DNA of 64,000 nucleotides from Trichoplax sp. H2 (taxonomy: Eukaryota): the NCBI GenBank assembly GCA_003344405.1, contig NOWV01000032.1:496001-560000 (forward strand), read 5' to 3'. The position numbers and the translations under genes were made by a program. Below the pieces are notes generated by a model that was not told the DNA's origin, searched no databases, and saw only the letters and a list, made by a program, of their open reading frames with translations. Of this stretch, positions 56,601 through 64,000 are shown in pieces (the first letter of the stretch is position 1; every line of letters starts with the position of its first letter).

Positions 56601-59600
56601 TAGGCATTCCAGAATTTCTTGGTGTCCCTTACTGGCTGCTATTTCTAACGGCGTTAGGTAGCTACCATCCCTTTAAGGAAATATTGGAAGACTTACGAAT
56701 ACAGAAAATTGGTAAAAAGCACGTATTTTCATACCTTTTTTCAGTTTCAGCGCCATTTTCAAGTAGTGTTTTAACGACAGTAGAGTGGCCGTAAGAAACC
56801 GCTATATGGAGAGGTGTTCTAGAACGCTCACCTAAGCTATTTAGCAATGAAGGTGATACTTTGCAGAGTAATTCTACTGTTTGCGTATTTACTGCACCTC
56901 TATTTAGAGAAAAATTTAAAATTGGTATTTCTAATATATGCGTATAAACGTTTATGGATAAAATCAGAGAATGTACACAGCACCTGCACGCCAAATGTAA
57001 TGGAGTGTTGTCGTCACCATCATTTAATTCTAGTTGAGCACCATTCTCTATCAAAATTTCTGCTATCTGTGTTAATCAAACCATAATCGATATAAGTAGT
57101 TTACTGAGTGGTACAATCGATCTAATTAGAATGTAGAAATTTTTCTTATACATTCGTACATGCATATGTGCAATAATTAGACTATGTATACGTAACGTTA
57201 TAAAACCCTTCTTCTGCAGCATAATGAAGTGGAGTTCTGTCGTATGTATCGACTTCATTTATAAAAATTTTTCCCCCTTCCTGTAAGTAGATATATTCAT
57301 AGATTTACTGTATCTATCTCGAAATAGAAAGGATTGCATATATAATACTAATATTACGTTAAGTAAAAATGTTAGAACTTCATGATGACAACATTCTGCT
57401 GCCATGTGCAAGCATGATTTGTTCTGGTCATCATATATGTCAACTTTGGCGTGATATTGTAATAAGAACTTAGCAGCTTCTAAGTGGCCTTTCTCAACGG
57501 CAAACAGTAAAGGAGTTCTTCTTCTACTGTCCGTACTATTTATATCCGCTCCCTACGTAGAGAGATCGATAAATCATGATAGTTAGTATAAATAAAATAT
57601 CTATCTATCTATAAATTATTTATATATATGCATGTTACATCAACGATATTCTGGAAACATACTGATTTTTCTATGCTTACAGATTGCATCAATATGATCA
57701 TTACTGCGGTGTGTCCAAACGATGCCGCTAAATGTAACGGTGTCCGGTATTGAAAGTCACGAGCATCCACAGGGGCGTGATGTTGTATCAGGGCTTCCAC
57801 GACATCAGGATAGCCGTTTGAAGCTGCTATATGCAATGCTGTTAGTCCATCTCTCTGTACCAATTTTGGGCAATCATGATAAATTTTTAGTATATTAATA
57901 CGTCATATTTACGATGAAAAATGATAAATAAGATACATGCATTATCGATAGATAGTGCTAGGCTGCTAGCTAATATTAAAAAAGGTAAATTTAAAAATAT
58001 GATTCAGACAACCTGAATTGCTGTGATATCTGCTCCATTGCGAACACACATTTCTACCGCCTAATTTGGTTTAAATTACAATGTATACTAATTAGTAATT
58101 GCTTATATGCTCATACCTGAGTGTCTGATAAAGAAATACGCATCGACTATTTAAATCACGGATGCTACAAACCTGTTTATATCCACCTTGTGCCGCTCGA
58201 TGTAAGGGTGTTCGTCGTTCATTATCTCTATCGTTGATCTGGTCAATGTACTTTCTACGTTTATTATTAGCGCTATCAAGTAATAAGCCAATTACTTCAG
58301 TTGCACCTCTGGATGCGGCGAAATGTATAGGTGCGCCTCCATCAATGGATTTCTTGATCAGACTTGCACCATGTTTTATCTAAGAGTAATTAATTAGGGC
58401 TGCTTAGTAATACTAGTAAGTATACTATCTATATAGCCGTTTGGTCTACCTACATGACCATGTTAGTTTTTTCTTTATACATAAATAAATGAAACCTTTT
58501 TCAACTTTTGACGATACTTTTTTATACTAATTAGTACAAATGTGAAATTTTACTGGATGAAAAACATACGCACCAGCAACTTGCATACATTATTTCGATC
58601 TCTCATGCATGACACATGGAGAGGCGTCATGAGGTCATTGTCTGTATAATTCACCAAAGCAGGGTCTATTCTTAGTATTAGCTAGTGATAACAGAAGCCA
58701 TTGTGATCTCAATACATTGTACTATATTATTATGGATGATTTCGACCTGAAAGTAATAAGTAGTACCTCGCACATACGAACATGCCCAAATTTACTCGCT
58801 TCATGAAGTGTTGTGTTTCCGTCAACATCTTGTAAATCCACTTTTGCCCCGCAGCTAATTAAAACTTCAAACGCGGCGAGAGAGTTATGTTTAGCGGCGA
58901 TTGATATAGGTGGGATTGAATCATAGCCTGGGATGTTGACATCTAAGATTTGAAAATTTTAATCAAGCAGCAAAACTGTAATTTTTTTACGAATTATTTA
59001 TATAATCTATCACATTCAAAATACACAACTAAAGAGACTTGAATTATATGATAAATCAGTACCGGCTCCATGGTCGACTAGACTCCTTATTATTTCCACC
59101 CTATTATATTTAGCAGCGTAGTGCAGCGGAGATAGCTTGTGTTCATCCAATCGGTTACATGCATTCTTATCTTTATTGTATACGAAGTATTCTTGTATAA
59201 CTGAAACATCCCCAAATTTTGCTGCCTAAATTGGAATAGTTTAATGATTGGATTGTACTGTTTAATATTTTACAGTGACTTTTTTGAGCAAACACAATAC
59301 AAGCTACTGTACTTGGTCTAAACTAATATCTGCAGTTAATGAAGTCTATTATCACAGTATAACATAAAACAGATTATTGCCATAAAATCAATAATAATAA
59401 AAATACGAATTGAGAGGCAAGCATAGTGCTGTTAGTTTTATTTATGAATCCGATAAACTAAACTTACAGTGGTCATAATAATTACACGTATTATTAGATT
59501 TAAAATTTGACGTGAAAATTTTAAAACTATTTCCTTGACAATTATACCGTATTTTCGTACTGGCTTATCAGATATTCATTAATTTAAATGCCTAAATTCT

Positions 59601-59919
59601 GTATTAGCTTACCCAAAAGAGGTCAAGATTAAGGTTTGTTGTCGATCTCGCATTAGGGATCTCGCTATTTTCGTATTCTTCCTGTGTTTTAATCCAAAAG
59701 ACAACCGAATTGGTATAATTTTGAAAAATTCACAGATCATACATTCTCATGATCTGTGAATTTACTGACAGTGTAATACACAGATGCTACAAGTATATTT
59801 GTACCAGTTTTCATAAGAATACTTACGTTGATTTTATCATTTGGCGGAGTAGGTCTTACTGGAAAACTCCGGGGAAACAATGTCAAGCTGTTTTTTCTGA
59901 AATTTCTTCGTTCCAACAT
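53603..59919 (-). CDS. TRPA1: TRPA-family (TRPA1-like) ankyrin-repeat cation channel
   Basis: About 17 ankyrin repeats over many exons (SPLHYAAKYN, TPLHRAAQGG, TALHIAASNG, TPLHLAASFG...), followed by TM segments, the pore MMIGEIDY, and S6/TRP-like MPILVMNLMIGLAIGDIDRVQKEASLKRLTIQV. The start codon is tentative. Confidence 0.9.
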
Positions 59920-61312
59920 TTGTAACTTCACTCGCACAAGCAATTTTGTTATGTTAACTTTATTTGTACGGGTATTTCTAACGACTCAATGAGGCTTTAA
60001 TACAACTGCAAACAATAGTATATTTCAATGGCCGTTACGAATTTATTCATATATTCACCGTTGCAGTAAATTAAGCTGCAGCTGTTTATGGGTCTGTTAA
60101 TATTATTTCATATACTACAGTTGTATATCATATTATAGTCTACTCAATAGAATTTAAGGATGCAAAAGTAAGGTTACATGGTTATGGATACAATATAAAT
60201 AGATTAATTAACATCGTTACAAGCAGCAGTAATAATAGTGAAGTAGGATTTCGTACTATATCTTCATATTACGAATCACAATCTACAGTGCCTCATGCCT
60301 TGTATTTAACATGATTGTGTGACGCGATATTTCTACTTGTGACGACAAAAGAAAAAATGAACAATGTACTATGATTAATTTTGAATAGAAATCTATTCGA
60401 AATAGAAATCGCTCTATTGTTATGATTTTTTACGAATATATTATTGATTTTTTAATGCAAATAAAAAACTCTAGACGTTGCAACATCCTGCGCTATCTGC
60501 GTCACTAAACTTTAATCATTTGAAAATAATTGCTATTTTATTCAAAAAGAATCTTTCAAACTCCACTTCAGGGAAACCATTTGATATTTAACGACGACCT
60601 TACTCCCTAAACATAGTGCAGTACAAGTTTACTACACAAGAAAATTAGCACGATTGTTACTTATGCTGCGTATGAAACAATATTTCATAGTCGATTTCGT
60701 CCTAATATTAGTACAATATATTCTTAAGAAACGCAGAAACTATTCTTTTTGTATTTTAATTCCGTGGTAGAGGCTCTCTCCAACTCATAATAAGTTCGGG
60801 CACCGTACTTAGCTAAGTTAGACGAATACCCACTACAGTATAACGTATTCATAGGTATTACGCTGATTTTCTAAGTGTTGTAGAACTTATTTGTAACCCA
60901 TTGTGTGAACCTATCCGTCATACCTATTGTATTTTGGCTAGTGGACAGTATGCACTAGTATATGCGAACCGGTATTTGCTATTAGAATAGTTATAATTTT
61001 TTAAGTATGCAATAAAAAGATTTGTAAGAAGCGGTTGTATCTGTAAATTTTCGGTAGATGTAAACGTACCAGATTAGGTTAAAGTCCTTGCTGGTACAAT
61101 AATACACTTATTTGAAGTCCGCAAAATCACGATAGCTGTATCATTTCTACCTAAACATAGTGAGAGCCTAATAAGTAGAAATTTCAATTTTGATGAATTC
61201 TGGACAAGTAATGAAAATTTATACCTAAAATAATGTATTTGAGTGCCATCCTACAAGTTTTATACGTGAAGTAGTTTATTACAGTCATTGAAGACAACAT
61301 TTTACGTGAGAG

Positions 61313-61381
61313 ACTGTACATTGTACAGTACAGTACTATATGCTCCGCAATACTGTACTGTACACTGTACAGTTTACAGTA
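61313..61381. repeat. Short (CAGTA/TACTG)n array upstream of the TRPA gene
   Basis: ACTGTACATTGTACAGTACAGTAC...TACTGTACTGTACACTGTACAG. Confidence 0.75.
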
Positions 61382-62719
61382 GGGATTAACTGTAACACTC
61401 ACCAATTGATTTAATCAAAAAATCTCTTGATGAGCTACTGTATATACTGTATTATGATCATCGAAAAATTAAAAATTGTTTTTCATTTCCTTTGTTGCTT
61501 AGTAATTTATAAACTATATGTTAATATTACATTGCATACTATTTGGTTTGAACTTTGAAGGCATTCCCAAATTTTAATATTGTTTTGCCGGCACAGGCAC
61601 ACTAAATCGTGCTCAAGCAAGCACAAGAAAGGCACTAAGGGCCATGCTACAATTTTTGCAAAATTTTGTATTTTTGTGATTCCTTTTTTTCCTTTAGTTG
61701 ATAGTGTCAGTGATCAGTTTCTAGGTGGCAACCTTTATGGCTGGTAATCTCACTAAGTAACTACGATATTGAACGATGATGATAAGATTAGCAATATAAG
61801 GGATGGATCAAGCTAGGCCATTACATTAACAGACATAGGTATCGTATAAATTGCCGTACGTATGAGCTTCAGACAAGCCCTAAAATTCGCTAATGCCCAA
61901 ATCATTAATTAACCCATATGAATTTATTGCCTTTATATCTTTTATATATACGCGTCCAAAAAAAGAAATCGAATTGAATAATAAGTTCAAACTTCATTTG
62001 TAAAATGATCCGAGATATTTTTAATGTAGGGCCTAACCCAAATTCGACAAAGTCTGGCCTAAATATTAATAAGGTCATGTAATCGTAACGTTTAGCAACG
62101 ATTTGGCCATTGATCAACTTCGCTTCCTTTCTCTAATAACTCATATAAATCAAAAACTGAATGTACTGTTTTATTTCAGCGGTCCCTAACTGTTTACTAA
62201 GTTTACGATGCAACTCCATAAAATTTTGTCTCTAACTCTCTGATCTCTACAGTTAGTGCAGAACTCCAGCGAACCTTTCATAATTCGCAACTTTTTTACC
62301 TTCGTCGGTGCGGAGTTACACAAAACTTAAGCCCTATAATTAATTGTCTTATTCCCTAGATCTAAATTTATATTTGAAACCCGTAGAGAATTTACTGTAA
62401 TAGGATGTTACCTATGACTGTGTGAACTTACAGGATGCATGTTATTAATTCCTTGATGTCCTTCGGACATACCTCGAATGCTGTTTTCACAACCATAACA
62501 GTAATGAAAAATCTATGTCTATGTGACTAGTTTGACTTTTGGGTTTTGTGAGTCCAATTTGTATGTAGGAGGCTAACTAGTGATACGGAAAAAGTGTATT
62601 TTGGCAGCAAAAAATTTTAAAGAGATATTTTGCCACAAGTTTACTGTAATAACTCTATTCCCGTGTCTGTTCTATTAGTCAATACCGATTTTAATTCGCA
62701 GTCAATGGTTTTGCATATT

Positions 62720-62892
62720 ACTGTATATAGTATGTACAGTACAGTACACGACTATTGCTACGGCAGTGTACTGCACAGTGCACAGTACTGTACGACAACG
62801 TGCAAAGAGTTTTAATTTAATTTAATTAATTAATTAATCTTAATAAAAGATTATTTTTCTTTCAAGTACAGTACTGTACTGTACACACAGTA
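62720..62892. repeat. (CAGTA/TACTG)n array plus a (TAAT)n run
   Basis: GTACAGTACAGTAC, CAGTACTGTACTGTAC and TTAATTAATTAATTAA. Confidence 0.75.
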
Positions 62893-62938
62893 ATGGACTA
62901 CTAAATAAATTAATTATATACTAGTCCAAACTCCCATC

Positions 62939-63988
62939 ACTTTGCTGACGGTTTACGATAATGTACCCATTTATTAATAATTAACAGATAGTATTACCAT
63001 TCGACATTATATATATCCCGGTAATAGCCGGGTACTACTATATTTAAAACAGATAGATTTAATGTACGTACTGATCGTGCATTTCCACGTTGCGCACTTC
63101 GCTTTCGCCTATCAGATCGCTGACTAACTGACATTATCCTCTTAGAAACACTTTTTGTTATATGATATATAGCAATCAAAAATAACCCGGTACAGGGGAA
63201 CTACAGTAGGGTAACACTTCGAAATGCATGAGAGCAATAGAACTAATAGTACCTACTAATGTGTATCAATCACTTATACCTTCTCAATAATATTTACATA
63301 AACCCTAGAGATCATTCATTTCTATACCAATTCAAATTTCCTTAAGTAACTTTCGTATTAGTATGTCTACCGAATAAGGATGGTTACTATATACAGTATT
63401 AATGCTATGTTAAGGTTGGTAAGCGAAACTGTCAAATATACGTTTATGCTCAATTTGTTAATAAAAAAATTAGCAGATAGTATTATCATTCGATATTATA
63501 TATATCCCGGCAATAGTAATGTACTATGCTATATTAAGATTAGTTAATAATCCAAAGCGCATTATGATAACTAATGTACGGTGATGGACATACTGTACCA
63601 AGTTAAGATTAGCAGGTACTGTAAGATATCTACAGTGCTGTACAATGTCCTTAGTACTGTGGTCAATTCTATACCAATCATTATAATGTGTCTAAGGATC
63701 GCTTGAGTATGCAAACAAAGCTTGCTCTGTCGATAACAACCGTTATAAGAAAACGTAACAATGAAAATGGCTGTGTAGAAAACTCTATAAAAACTCTATG
63801 TTTATTCAATTTTCATCAGAGTATTACATGAAATCAAAATTTAAAGGCTCAGTGGCCACCCTTAGCGATATAACGAATACTATTTCAAAAATCAGTACTC
63901 TGCAGAAATTTCTGCCTTAGAGCTATTCGTTTTACATGAAGAAATCTTAAGGTAAAAAGTACTGTAAGAATCTTATACTGACTTATTG
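62939..63988 (+). mobile_element. Dispersed repeat, copy B (Helitron-like), with ~0.45 kb extra sequence including an internal partial duplication
   Basis: 62939-63045 matches ~26876-26982 and ~63525-63988 matches ~27032-27485. A third partial copy of the hairpin-bearing segment sits at ~63455-63520. Confidence 0.75.
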
Positions 63989-64000
63989 AAATGAACCCAT

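Overview
AT-rich, gene-dense eukaryotic genomic DNA with many short (~70-300 nt) GT-AG introns. Gene content and architecture suggest a non-bilaterian animal, most likely the placozoan Trichoplax (inference only). I reconstructed 15 protein-coding genes by hand-splicing, and they alternate strictly in strand: AAGAB(-, partial), RPS18(+), WDR46(-), SPCS2(+), an orphan gene(-), an intronless tectonic(+), ALAD(-), PHPT1(+), SNAPIN(-), DBR1(+), DNAJC19(-), an N-terminally short syntaxin-8(+), a netrin lacking the laminin-N domain(-), RALGPS(+) and a TRPA1-like channel(-). Main observations: (1) each of the seven head-to-head intervals carries a palindromic (CAGTA/TACTG)n array; (2) two gene adjacencies are shared with human (RPS18-WDR46 and STX8-netrin), and several genes have orthologues in MHC paralogons; (3) there is a probable U12 intron in SPCS2; (4) a palindromic X-box lies between tectonic and the orphan gene; (5) there is a MITE and a Helitron-like dispersed repeat with a covarying hairpin; (6) uncollapsed haplotype duplications flank two N gaps. 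Homology calls come from recalled protein motifs, not database searches.
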